Shown here one piece after another: positions 1 through 8,469 of a stretch of 64,000 nt of DNA. The translations under genes were made by a program, and so were the position numbers. The DNA is from Bacilli bacterium (GTDB taxonomy: Bacteria > Bacillota_I > Bacilli_A > RF39 > UBA660). The stretch lies in contig JAFRAK010000041.1 of NCBI GenBank assembly GCA_017405445.1, forward strand, positions 29,025-93,024, read 5' to 3'. The notes beneath the pieces are model-generated. The model was given only the letters and a program-made list of their open reading frames with translations, was not told the DNA's origin and did not search any database. The stretch's first letter is position 1. Each line of letters starts with the position of its first letter.

Positions 1-1046
1 TTACCACCTTTTATAATTATTTCATCAATTGGCTCTTTTATTGTTTCCGTATTTGTTGTAGTTCTACTTGTGATTACTCCATTTACTTTTAAGATAACTT
101 GAGTAACTTTATTTTCACCTTTAACACCATATTGTAATGTTTCTTCCCAACCAACATATTTATCATTATCATATCTAGTTTCTGTTGCATAATTCTTTTC
201 TTCGTGGAATACTACTTGATCTTGTTCTACTAAACTAAATTGTGGCTTTAAGATTCCTAATGTTACAACTTGTCCAGGTGATAATAAACTATTCTCATTT
301 TGTAATTCTGGATTAGCAATTAAAAATTCTTGTGTTGAGATACGGTTATTGAAAGCTACATCGTTAATTGTATCTCCTGCTTGAATTACATATTTTTGTT
401 GATCTTCTGTTGTACCAAATAGAAGAAACTTTGATAATTCTTCTTCCGTTTGATAGATTGTTTTATTTACTGGTATTAAACCTTTTTTTATTGTTATTTT
501 GTTTTTAATATAAACATTTTCTATAATTGTTCCAACATCTTCTATTGGTTTTTGAGTTTGATTAGCATAATTATTTAAATCATAATCAGAAATAAAAGAT
601 CTTACTGTTTTTTGAATAGAATTATTAAAAACTTCTTTATCTGTTACATATATTATAATTGTTTCTCCCGTAATTGTTTTTCCTGTTTCAGCTTCTTGTG
701 AATCTATTCCTTTAATTTTTACAATATATCCGTTAATTGTAAAAGGAGAAATATCTTTTATTTCTTCATAGATTTCTTCTATTGTCTTAATATTTCTATC
801 AAATGTGGTTTCTTTTACTATGTCTAAGTCTGCTGGAACATATACTTTTTTAACATGATATTTTTCTTTTATCTCATTTTGCTTCTCATCGATAAAATCC
901 TCTAATTCTTTTTTAGAATCAATTAATCCTATAGATTTTCCTTTTAAATATACTCTATATAAATCTTGTGGTTTTGTAGATATTTTTGTAAAACCAGTCA
1001 TCAATACTAGAGATATTAGTATAATAAGCAATATTTTTTTATTCAT
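1..1046 (-). CDS. Secreted LysM + G5 domain protein, probably a peptidoglycan hydrolase (M23 domain expected beyond the window); 3'-truncated by window edge
   Basis: Not in ORF track; manual translation from ATG 1046 after SD GGAGGG gives MNKKILLIILISLVLMTGF (signal peptide), LysM-like YVIQAGDTINDVA...FLIANPEL...LSPGQVV and G5-like ETRYDNDKYVGWEETLQYGVKG...KEPIDEIIIKGG; start overlaps dnaB stop. Confidence 0.85.
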   Translation of the reverse strand, partial: MNKKILLIILISLVLMTGFTKISTKPQDLYRVYLKGKSIGLIDSKKELEDFIDEKQNEIKEKYHVKKVYVPADLDIVKETTFDRNIKTIEEIYEEIKDISPFTINGYIVKIKGIDSQEAETGKTITGETIIIYVTDKEVFNNSIQKTVRSFISDYDLNNYANQTQKPIEDVGTIIENVYIKNKITIKKGLIPVNKTIYQTEEELSKFLLFGTTEDQQKYVIQAGDTINDVAFNNRISTQEFLIANPELQNENSLLSPGQVVTLGILKPQFSLVEQDQVVFHEEKNYATETRYDNDKYVGWEETLQYGVKGENKVTQVILKVNGVITSRTTTNTETIKEPIDEIIIKGG

Positions 1047-2397
1047 TAGGTTTCCCCTCCCCAACTTCTTTTCTTAAATTTAAAAATGTTGATGTATTCT
1101 TTTTAAATAGTAAATTAATGGTTTTTGTAGGTCCATTACGATGTTTTCCAATAATTAATTCACTAATACTATTATTGTCTTCTTGTCTTTCTTCTTTATT
1201 GTAGTAGTCATCACGGTATAAGAATGAAACGATATCAGCGTCCTGTTCGATAGATCCTGATTCACGTAGGTCACTTAACATTGGCCTTTTATCATCTCTT
1301 CCTTCTACATTACGAGATAACTGTGATAAGGCAATTATTGGAATGCCCAATTCTAAGGCAAGTGTTTTTAGACTTCTTGATATATCGGAAATTTCTTGCT
1401 GTCTATTAGTCCCATAATTCTTTCCACCATTAATTAATTGTAGGTAATCGATTACGACTAAACCTAATCCTTTTTCACTACTTGCAAGTCTTCTACATTT
1501 AGCTCTAATTTCACCTATTGTTATACCTACTGCATCTTCTATTACTAAATTTGATGAAGCTAGCAAAGAACTTGCCTCATTGACTCTTTTCCAATCTTGA
1601 TTTAATAGATTACCTGTACGTAATTTAAATCCATCAATTTGACCAAGTGAAGAAAGAATTCTTAAAGCTAATTGCTCAGCAGTCATTTCTAAGTTAAAAA
1701 CTGCTATCATCTTATCTTGATTTAAGGCGGCATAGGTTGCTAAATTTAATGCAAAAGCTGTTTTTCCCATAGCAGGTCTTGCGGCAATAATGATTAATTC
1801 TCCTGGATGAAGACCAGTTGTTAATTGATCCAAGTCATACCAACCAGTAGCAAGTCCTGTTATTTCTCCTTTATTTTTTGATAGTCTTTCTAGATCAGAT
1901 TGTGTTTTTGCTAAAACATCTTTAATACTTCTAAATTCTGTTGAAGTTCTTTTCTTAACGACGTTTAGTATTTTCTTCTCTGAGTTATCTAATATTTCAT
2001 TGATTGTTTCCTCGGGATTATATCCTTCTTCCGCTATTTCTTCTGCAGTTTTTATTAAACTTCTAACAATTGAAGTTTCATCTACAATTTTTATATAGTA
2101 ATCTACATTACTTGCTGTTGGAACAAAATTTAATAATTCTGTTAAGTATTCTACTCCACCTACTTCTGTTAACTCATTTTTTTTCTTTAGTATACTGGTA
2201 ACTGTTGTAATATCGATTGGTGTTCCTTCTTCTTGTAGGTTAAGCATAGCTCTATAGATTTTTGCATTTTTTTCACTATAAAAAGATTCCGGTAAAAGAC
2301 TTTCATTTGCTTTTTGTAGTGCAAATTTTGATAAAAAACAGGCTCCTAGTACTGACTCCTCTGCTTCTAAATTGTTTGGTAAAGTTCTATTTGCCAT
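1039..2397 (-). CDS. dnaB: Replicative DNA helicase (DnaB family; DnaC in Bacillus naming)
   Basis: IAARPAMGKT Walker A, VIDYLQL, LSQLSR, SDLRESGSIEQDAD, KHRNGP; follows rplI. Confidence 0.98.
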   Translation of the reverse strand: MANRTLPNNLEAEESVLGACFLSKFALQKANESLLPESFYSEKNAKIYRAMLNLQEEGTPIDITTVTSILKKKNELTEVGGVEYLTELLNFVPTASNVDYYIKIVDETSIVRSLIKTAEEIAEEGYNPEETINEILDNSEKKILNVVKKRTSTEFRSIKDVLAKTQSDLERLSKNKGEITGLATGWYDLDQLTTGLHPGELIIIAARPAMGKTAFALNLATYAALNQDKMIAVFNLEMTAEQLALRILSSLGQIDGFKLRTGNLLNQDWKRVNEASSLLASSNLVIEDAVGITIGEIRAKCRRLASSEKGLGLVVIDYLQLINGGKNYGTNRQQEISDISRSLKTLALELGIPIIALSQLSRNVEGRDDKRPMLSDLRESGSIEQDADIVSFLYRDDYYNKEERQEDNNSISELIIGKHRNGPTKTINLLFKKNTSTFLNLRKEVGEGKPNE

Positions 2398-2408
2398 ACT
2401 CTCACCTC

Positions 2409-2849
2409 TTATTTTATTACGTGTACTTTTATAATTGCATTGATATCAGAGTATAAATTCAATTCTACATCATGAAAACCTAATGATTGAATTGGATTTT
2501 TATAATTAATCTGATTTTTTTCAATTGTGTATCCTTTTTTATTCAATTCTTCTTTTATTTGTTTTACACTGATACTTCCAAATACTTTATCTCCTTCTCC
2601 AGTTTTAACTTTAAACTCTAGAGTTTCTTTGGCTAGTAATTTTTTTAATTCATTTGCTTTCTTTTTGTTTTCTTCTTCTTCTTGTTCTTTCTTTTTTACC
2701 TCATGATTTAGTTTTGCAACATTTTCTTTTGTCTTTTTAACGGCATAACCATTCTTAATTAAAAAGTTTTCTGCGTAACCATCTTTAACATTTTTTATTT
2801 GCCCCTTTTTACCTTGATTTTTTAAATCTTTGATAAAAATAACTTCCAT
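2409..2849 (-). CDS. rplI: 50S ribosomal protein L9
   Basis: MEVIFIKD..GKKGQIKNVKDGYAENFLI, KVFGSIS motifs. Confidence 0.97.
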   Translation of the reverse strand: MEVIFIKDLKNQGKKGQIKNVKDGYAENFLIKNGYAVKKTKENVAKLNHEVKKKEQEEEENKKKANELKKLLAKETLEFKVKTGEGDKVFGSISVKQIKEELNKKGYTIEKNQINYKNPIQSLGFHDVELNLYSDINAIIKVHVIK

Positions 2850-2850
2850 T

Positions 2851-3837
2851 TTACTCGCCTTCTTCTTTGATTAATTTTTTTAGATTTTGTTCTACTTTAC
2901 TAATTGTTGTATCTTCAAATGTTGCTGCTCCACTAGTAGAATCTCCTCCTCCACCTAATTTTTCTAGAATATTCAAAATATCATAATTACCAAGACTTCT
3001 GGCACTCAATCCTATTGTATTCTTTCCAATTCTTCCAATTACAAAAGATGCTTCTATATTATTGAAGAATAATAATGTATCCGCTACTTTAGCTAAATCC
3101 TCTTTTCGGTATTCCATATGAGTTGTTCCTTTTGTAAAAGCAATTTTATTATTGATTGTTTCTAGTGATGTTAATAATTGTTGCCTTTCAGCATATTCTT
3201 CAATATCTTGTTTTAATAAATATTGTACTTTTTTTGCACTTGCACCCATTCTTGTTAGATGATAGGCAGCATAGAATGTATCTACTGTGGTATTTAAAGT
3301 AAAATTATTGGTATCTAATACAATTCCTGCTAGTAGAAGAGTTGCATAATATGGTTCAATATCCATATCATAATATTCTAGTAGTTTTGTTATCATTTCA
3401 CAAGTACTAGATGTTGATGAATCTTGTATGATTAAAGCATCTTCTATTGTTGTTACTCCTAAGTCATGATGATCTATTATAATCTTATTACTAAAGAAAT
3501 CTAATACTTTTGAATTTTGTACTAATTCTTCTTTATTAGTATCAAGAATAATTAGTAAATTTTTTGAGGTTTTTGGATATAGATTTTTTTCTACTTCTTC
3601 TCCTTTTATGATATTAATACATCCTTCTAATTCTCTCAGTACTTTTTCTACTCCTTTTTCATGAGTTTTTTCATCAATAATTAGAAATGTATTTTTCTTT
3701 TTCTTTTTTAGAATATTATCCATTCCTATTTGACTTCCTAAGGCATCTAGGTCAAGATTCTTATGTGCCATAAGAAAAATATTTTTTGATTTTTTTATGA
3801 GTCTAGCTATTTTCATATAATCATTAAATAATGCCAT
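2851..3837 (-). CDS. DHH/DHHA1 phosphoesterase corresponding to the C-terminal half of GdpP (c-di-AMP phosphodiesterase)
   Basis: MAHKNLDLDALGS, IIDHH, SSTCEM, LLAGIVLDTNNF, SARS..LGGGG; sits in the gdpP position upstream of rplI-dnaB. Confidence 0.85.
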   Translation of the reverse strand: MALFNDYMKIARLIKKSKNIFLMAHKNLDLDALGSQIGMDNILKKKKKNTFLIIDEKTHEKGVEKVLRELEGCINIIKGEEVEKNLYPKTSKNLLIILDTNKEELVQNSKVLDFFSNKIIIDHHDLGVTTIEDALIIQDSSTSSTCEMITKLLEYYDMDIEPYYATLLLAGIVLDTNNFTLNTTVDTFYAAYHLTRMGASAKKVQYLLKQDIEEYAERQQLLTSLETINNKIAFTKGTTHMEYRKEDLAKVADTLLFFNNIEASFVIGRIGKNTIGLSARSLGNYDILNILEKLGGGGDSTSGAATFEDTTISKVEQNLKKLIKEEGE

Positions 3838-3900
3838 AATTCCTCCTATAAAGTCCCAATTTTATTATATAATATTTCTAGTCTTTTGTCTAAATTTTTC

Positions 3901-3930
3901 AATAAAAAAAATGTAGATTATTCTACATTT
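3901..3930 (-). terminator. Intrinsic terminator after rpsR
   Basis: Inverted repeat AATGTAGA/TCTACATT followed by a T-run on the minus strand. Confidence 0.75.
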
Positions 3931-4144
3931 ATTTTGTATATGGTAATAATGCAATTGAACGTGCTCTCTTAATTTGTTTAGATACAAATCTTTGATGTTC
4001 TGCACAATTTCCAGTAATACGACGTGGTAAAATCTTACCTTTTTCGTTAATATATTTTTTTAATGTTTCTGCGTCTTTCCAATCAATTGTTTTTCCAGTA
4101 CACATTACACATACTTTTTTCTTTTTACGATTGAACTCTGCCAT
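3929..4144 (-). CDS. rpsR: 30S ribosomal protein S18
   Basis: [32 protein letters not shown]; CxxC zinc-binding type. Confidence 0.98.
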   Translation of the reverse strand: MAEFNRKKKKVCVMCTGKTIDWKDAETLKKYINEKGKILPRRITGNCAEHQRFVSKQIKRARSIALLPYTK

Positions 4145-4169
4145 GTTCTATCCTCCTTTTCAAATTCGT

Positions 4170-4655
4170 TTAGAATGGTAATTCATCATCACTTATTTGA
4201 ATACTTGATCCAAAATCTTCAAATGGATTACTATCAATGTCTGTTCCTTTTGGTTCTGGAGTATCTCCAAAATCATAAGGAGTTGGGTCACTCTTTGTTT
4301 CTTTCGAAGAACTAGAATTATTTGAGTTAGTTGAAGAACCTTTTGATCCCATAAATTCAACATTATCAGCAACTACTTCAGTTACATATCTCTTTTGACC
4401 ATTTTGATCATCATAACTTCTTGTTTGAATTCTACCATCGATTGCTACTTGACTTCCTTGTGAAAGATAGTTTTTAACATTCTCTGCTTGTTTTCTCCAA
4501 ACTACAATATTAATAAAATCTGCTTCTCTTTCTCCTTGTTGATTAGAAAAGTTTCTATTAACAGCAACAGTAAATGTTGCAACTGCAGTATTGTTTCCTG
4601 TATATCTAAGTTCAGGATCTCTAGTTAATCTTCCAATTAAAAAAACTTTATTCAT
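4170..4655 (-). CDS. ssb: Single-stranded DNA-binding protein
   Basis: MNKVFLIGRLTRDPELRYT; acidic tail DDELPF; rpsF-ssb-rpsR order. Confidence 0.98.
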   Translation of the reverse strand: MNKVFLIGRLTRDPELRYTGNNTAVATFTVAVNRNFSNQQGEREADFINIVVWRKQAENVKNYLSQGSQVAIDGRIQTRSYDDQNGQKRYVTEVVADNVEFMGSKGSSTNSNNSSSSKETKSDPTPYDFGDTPEPKGTDIDSNPFEDFGSSIQISDDELPF

Positions 4656-4675
4656 AATTCTTACCTCTCATTCAA

Positions 4676-4963
4676 TTAGTCTTCTACTTTTACAACAATA
4701 TGACGTAATAAATTTTCATTAATTCTAGCTACACGTTTAAATTCTTCTTCTGCAGAAGCTGGTGCTTCTACTACAAATAGATAATAATATCCTGTTGTGA
4801 ATTTTCTAATTTCGTATGCTAATTCTCTTTGACCAATAGACTTTTCTTCTAAAACTTTAGCTTTAGAGTCTGTTAGTACCTTTTTCATAGATTCTGCAGT
4901 TTTTCTAATTTCTGCTTCCTCCATATCTGGTCTAACAACGAACATAATTTCATATTTATTCAT
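4676..4963 (-). CDS. rpsF: 30S ribosomal protein S6
   Basis: MNKYEIMFVVRP..GQRELAYEI..GYYY..LRHIVVK; start reset to ATG 4963 behind SD AAGGAGGTG. Confidence 0.97.
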   Translation of the reverse strand: MNKYEIMFVVRPDMEEAEIRKTAESMKKVLTDSKAKVLEEKSIGQRELAYEIRKFTTGYYYLFVVEAPASAEEEFKRVARINENLLRHIVVKVED

Positions 4964-4970
4964 GTTTTTA

Positions 4971-5016
4971 CACCTCCTTTTGGACTCACGGCTATTCCAA
5001 AAATAGCAAGGAGTAT
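4971..5016 (-). promoter_or_regulatory. S6:S18 ribosomal protein leader (autoregulatory mRNA structure)
   Basis: Minus strand UACUCCUU-GCUAUUUUUGGAAUAGC-CG-UGAGUCCAA-AAGGAGGUG: outer stem pairs with the SD, inner hairpin, CCG in the internal loop as in Firmicutes rpsF leaders. Confidence 0.85.
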
Positions 5017-5033
5017 TCAAAATACTCGAAGGT

Positions 5034-5062
5034 ATTATAACAAAAAAACCTATTGAATGCAA
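5034..5062 (-). promoter_or_regulatory. SigA-type promoter of rpsF-ssb-rpsR
   Basis: Minus strand TTGCAT-17 nt-TATAAT with TG extended -10. Confidence 0.75.
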
Positions 5063-5066
5063 TAGG
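5042..5066 (-). terminator. Hairpin plus T7 downstream of the DUF6273-like gene (intrinsic terminator; possibly also a DGR target-recognition hairpin)
   Basis: CCTATTG-4 nt-CAATAGG followed by TTTTTTT on the minus strand. Confidence 0.7.
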
Positions 5067-5090
5067 CTTCAAAACGTTTTATTGAGTTTT

Positions 5091-6461
5091 TTATGCAATT
5101 CGGAAAGCTGGGGAGACCCCATAAGTAAGTTTAGCATTACGATTAGGGTAATTACCAGTATTGCTCACGGTGTCGAAACTGGTCGAATCGTGAGAACGGG
5201 CCGAGCGCAGCCACCAAACAGCATTTGTTCTATTTTGTTGTTTAATGGCTGATGCGTAACTTGATGTTGTAACATTTAAGTTTTCATAATAATCTAATTG
5301 TCTCGTATTGTTATATGCTTTATCATAGTAATCTATTCCACTTGTTGTATTTCCATCTACATCTTCCCACACTTCATGGGTTGATAGTAAATAAATTTTA
5401 TCTGTTGTCGTAAAGTTTGAACTATCTTTAGAAGCATATCCAGATACTACAGTTGTATCAATAATAGAGTTCCTTAATCCTTCAGGTAAAGCATTAAATA
5501 TTCCTCCTGAAGTATAGTCTATTTCTTCAGTTTGCCCTTCTAAGTATTTTCCACTATTTAGATAGGCTCTCATATCAGAGTATTCCCATCCTCCATTATT
5601 TCCATCTCCAACACTATTTCCATTATTGTCACATTTATTCATTCTATGTGTTGTGATGATATCAGCAAACTCTATGACAAAGCCACATGCTGTTTGTGAG
5701 AATCCTGTTGTTGAGCATTCCGCAGGCTTAGATAAATTAGCAATTCTCACAGGATGTATTCCTAGTGTTCCTAAATCTATATTTCTCGTTGTTCCAGCTG
5801 CTAACGCTTCTTGTAGTTTAGATGTTCTTCCTCCCCTATAGGAATCGATAATATCTTCCCAGGAATCTGTTGCAAAATCTGCTGTTACTCTTACAGGAAC
5901 AGAACTACTATCTGCTTGTATATATTGAGGAGTTAATGATGTAGAAATTGTTGTTGCAAGAGGTAATTCTTCTATATCTGATTTAAATTCTAATCGAACT
6001 TTATAAGTTTCTGTAGAGCCTGCATCTAATTTATGATTTTCTACTATTTCTATTCCATCAATATAGGTTACTCTATAATCTAAAAAGTCTGGAAGATTCT
6101 CTACAGCTGTTTCATTTACAATTAATGTCTTATTTAATTCTCCTATCATCCCATCAATAGTACCAGCATTCACAATATCAATAGTAAATTCATAGAAGTC
6201 TCCTGGAAGAGATAATGTTATTTCAAAATCAACCTTACAATTATTTTCTGGATCTATTGTTGCAGGAGAATCTCCTGTACCAATAGGAACACTATTTTCA
6301 TTTATTTGGATATTATTAAAATGAATATCCCAAGTATTACTTTTTATCTTTGCTGTTCCATTGATTTGCAGATTGGCTTGTAAAATGGCGTAGACTACTC
6401 CTATGAGAAGTAAACTAAATAGAATAAAATAAGTTGTAACTTGTTTATTATTTCTTCTCAT
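5091..6461 (-). CDS. Secreted protein: SipW-type leader, TasA/camelysin-like domain and C-terminal DUF6273-like (C-type-lectin-like) domain; candidate DGR target
   Basis: LLLIGVVYAILQANLQING leader; LSLPGDFYEFTIDIVNAGTID motif; GGWEYSDMRAYLN, LPEGLRNSI, DKIYLLSTHEV, WWLRS...GVSPAFRI. Confidence 0.75.
   Translation of the reverse strand: MRRNNKQVTTYFILFSLLLIGVVYAILQANLQINGTAKIKSNTWDIHFNNIQINENSVPIGTGDSPATIDPENNCKVDFEITLSLPGDFYEFTIDIVNAGTIDGMIGELNKTLIVNETAVENLPDFLDYRVTYIDGIEIVENHKLDAGSTETYKVRLEFKSDIEELPLATTISTSLTPQYIQADSSSVPVRVTADFATDSWEDIIDSYRGGRTSKLQEALAAGTTRNIDLGTLGIHPVRIANLSKPAECSTTGFSQTACGFVIEFADIITTHRMNKCDNNGNSVGDGNNGGWEYSDMRAYLNSGKYLEGQTEEIDYTSGGIFNALPEGLRNSIIDTTVVSGYASKDSSNFTTTDKIYLLSTHEVWEDVDGNTTSGIDYYDKAYNNTRQLDYYENLNVTTSSYASAIKQQNRTNAVWWLRSARSHDSTSFDTVSNTGNYPNRNAKLTYGVSPAFRIA
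5094..5216 (-). other. Putative DGR variable repeat (VR) with GC-rich IMH-like 3' end
   Basis: 61/120 G+C in 5101-5220 versus 33/120 in 5221-5340; scaffold codons are adenine-free; 24 of 27 central codons end in C/T. Confidence 0.7.
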
Positions 6462-6500
6462 AACTATACTCTCCTAGTATAATCATACCATACAATAATA

Positions 6501-6530
6501 AAAAAATAGAAATGAATTTCATTTCTATTT
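6501..6530 (-). terminator. Intrinsic terminator after pgeF-like gene
   Basis: AAATAGAAATG/CATTTCTATTT inverted repeat with T-run on minus strand. Confidence 0.7.
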
Positions 6531-7298
6531 ATAGTAAAATCCAACTATATTTTGTCCTTTTTTTGTAATATCTCCTTTTACTGCTTTATAGTGTGAAGCA
6601 TATCCTTTTTCTGTTGCGGTGTCTATTGGACTAATTTTGATTTCAGCTAATGGAAAATCCTCTAATTCTTTTAAGATTGCTGTTGACATATCGATTTGAT
6701 ATTTTCCTTCTACTTCTGTAATAGAGTCTTTCCAAATCTCTTTATTATCTAACTTGTTTGGATAAGTATCATAGAGATAATTTTCTTTATGAATATGACT
6801 ACCTATATATAGATAAATATTTTGTGGATTACAATTATATTTTTCTATCATCTTTTTAATAAAAGCTCTCGGTAATCCTCTATTAATATGATAGATTCCA
6901 CAATGAACAATTCCAGAGATTCCTTTTTCTCTGTCTTCTGCAATTAAAACTGGACAGTCTGCCATTCTATGACATAATACTATTCCTGGATAATTCTTAG
7001 TAATGAATAACATATCAGCTTTAATTACTTTTTGAAAATAGTCTTCTCCTTGTAGATATGATTCATCAATCAAAACATCTTTATCATCATGGTAAGAGTC
7101 ATTATCTTCCATTTTTTGTGTTACTTGGAACATTTTTAGTCCTGAAAAGTTGTATTTTCTTCCAAGTTTTATTCTATCTTTTTTGATACTATTTTCAATA
7201 TCTTCTTCCGAAAAATTTTCTGGATAAAACTTTTTTCCTCTTGAGAAGCATCCATCTAATTGGTTTCCTTCAAATATTACAATCTTACTTTCTTTCAT
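6525..7298 (-). CDS. pgeF: YfiH/PgeF (laccase-domain, purine nucleoside phosphorylase-like) family protein
   Basis: ADMLFIT..MADCPVL..IVHCG, IGSHI, IDTA motifs. Confidence 0.8.
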   Translation of the reverse strand: MKESKIVIFEGNQLDGCFSRGKKFYPENFSEEDIENSIKKDRIKLGRKYNFSGLKMFQVTQKMEDNDSYHDDKDVLIDESYLQGEDYFQKVIKADMLFITKNYPGIVLCHRMADCPVLIAEDREKGISGIVHCGIYHINRGLPRAFIKKMIEKYNCNPQNIYLYIGSHIHKENYLYDTYPNKLDNKEIWKDSITEVEGKYQIDMSTAILKELEDFPLAEIKISPIDTATEKGYASHYKAVKGDITKKGQNIVGFYYK

Positions 7299-8398
7299 TA
7301 TACATTAAACCTAAAATGACAAATATCTCCATCTTGCATTAAATAGTCTTTTCCTTCTAATCTTGCTTTTCCAGCTTCTTTTACTTTTAATTCAGATCCA
7401 CATTCTACTAAATCATCATAAGACATTACTTCTGCTCTTATAAATCCTTTTTCAAAATCAGTATGAATGATTCCAGCGCACTCTTTAGCATTCATTCCTT
7501 TTTTAAATGTCCATGCTCTTACTTCATCTTTTCCAACAGTGAAATAAGTCGCTAATCCTAGAATATCATATGTTGCAGTTATTAACTGATCAAGCCCTGA
7601 TTCTTCTAATCCTAATGCTTCTAGCATTTCTTGCTTGTCTTCTTGAGATAACTCACTTAAATCTTCTTCTACTTTTGCGCATAAACTAACTACTTTAGCG
7701 TTTTCTTTTAAAGCATATTCTCTTACTTTTGCTACATATTCATTTTCTGGATTGCCAATTTCACTTTCTTTTATATTAGCTAGATAAATGATTGGCTTTG
7801 CTGTTAAAAAACTATATGTTTTGATTAATTTTTTTTGTTCTTCTGTAAAATCTAATTGTCTTATTGGAATATTTTCTTCTAGTGCTTTTTTACATTGTTC
7901 CAGAGTATCTTTTTCTAATAAATCATTAGAATCTTTTGTTGTTCTTGCTTTTTTTGATACTTTTTCTAATCTATTTTCTATAACATCTAAGTCTGCTATT
8001 GCAAGTTCCAAATTTATTGTTTCAATATCTCTTATTGGATTAATATTTCCTTCTACATGAATTATTTTTCCGTCATCAAAACATCTTACTACTTCTACTA
8101 TTGCATCTACTTCTCTAATATGAGATAAGAATTTATTACCTAAGCCTTCTCCTTTAGATGCTCCTTTTACTAATCCTGCTATATCTGTAAATTCATATGC
8201 AGTTGGGATAAATCTATTTGGATCATACATTTCTTTTAGTACATCCATTCTTTTATCTGGTACAGTTACTACTCCTACATTTGGTTCTATTGTTGCGAAG
8301 GGATAGTTTTCTGCTAATATTTTTTGATTTGTTATTGCATTAAATAATGTTGATTTCCCTACATTTGGTAAACCAACAATCCCTGCTGTTAAACTCAT
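7298..8398 (-). CDS. ychF: Ribosome-binding ATPase YchF
   Basis: GIVGLPNVGKSTLFNA, NYPFATIEPN, DIAGLVKGAS, TGS tail; start reset to ATG 8398. Confidence 0.98.
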   Translation of the reverse strand: MSLTAGIVGLPNVGKSTLFNAITNQKILAENYPFATIEPNVGVVTVPDKRMDVLKEMYDPNRFIPTAYEFTDIAGLVKGASKGEGLGNKFLSHIREVDAIVEVVRCFDDGKIIHVEGNINPIRDIETINLELAIADLDVIENRLEKVSKKARTTKDSNDLLEKDTLEQCKKALEENIPIRQLDFTEEQKKLIKTYSFLTAKPIIYLANIKESEIGNPENEYVAKVREYALKENAKVVSLCAKVEEDLSELSQEDKQEMLEALGLEESGLDQLITATYDILGLATYFTVGKDEVRAWTFKKGMNAKECAGIIHTDFEKGFIRAEVMSYDDLVECGSELKVKEAGKARLEGKDYLMQDGDICHFRFNV

Positions 8399-8469
8399 AA
8401 ACTTCACCTCTTTTATTTATCGTCCTTATTATATCATTTTTTTAAAGAAAAAAACACATAAATATGTGT

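Noticed and set aside
4964-5062. N-terminal extensions on rpsF, and likewise rpmH, tadA, dnaX, holB, mnmE, yabP
   Set aside because: Artefacts of longest-ORF calling; they cover promoters, leaders or ffs, and strong SDs mark the downstream starts.
5171-5187. Perfect Spo0A box TGTCGAA plus GGTCGAA 10 bp later
   Set aside because: Inside the GC-rich putative VR coding sequence and over 100 bp from the rpsF promoter; most likely coincidence.
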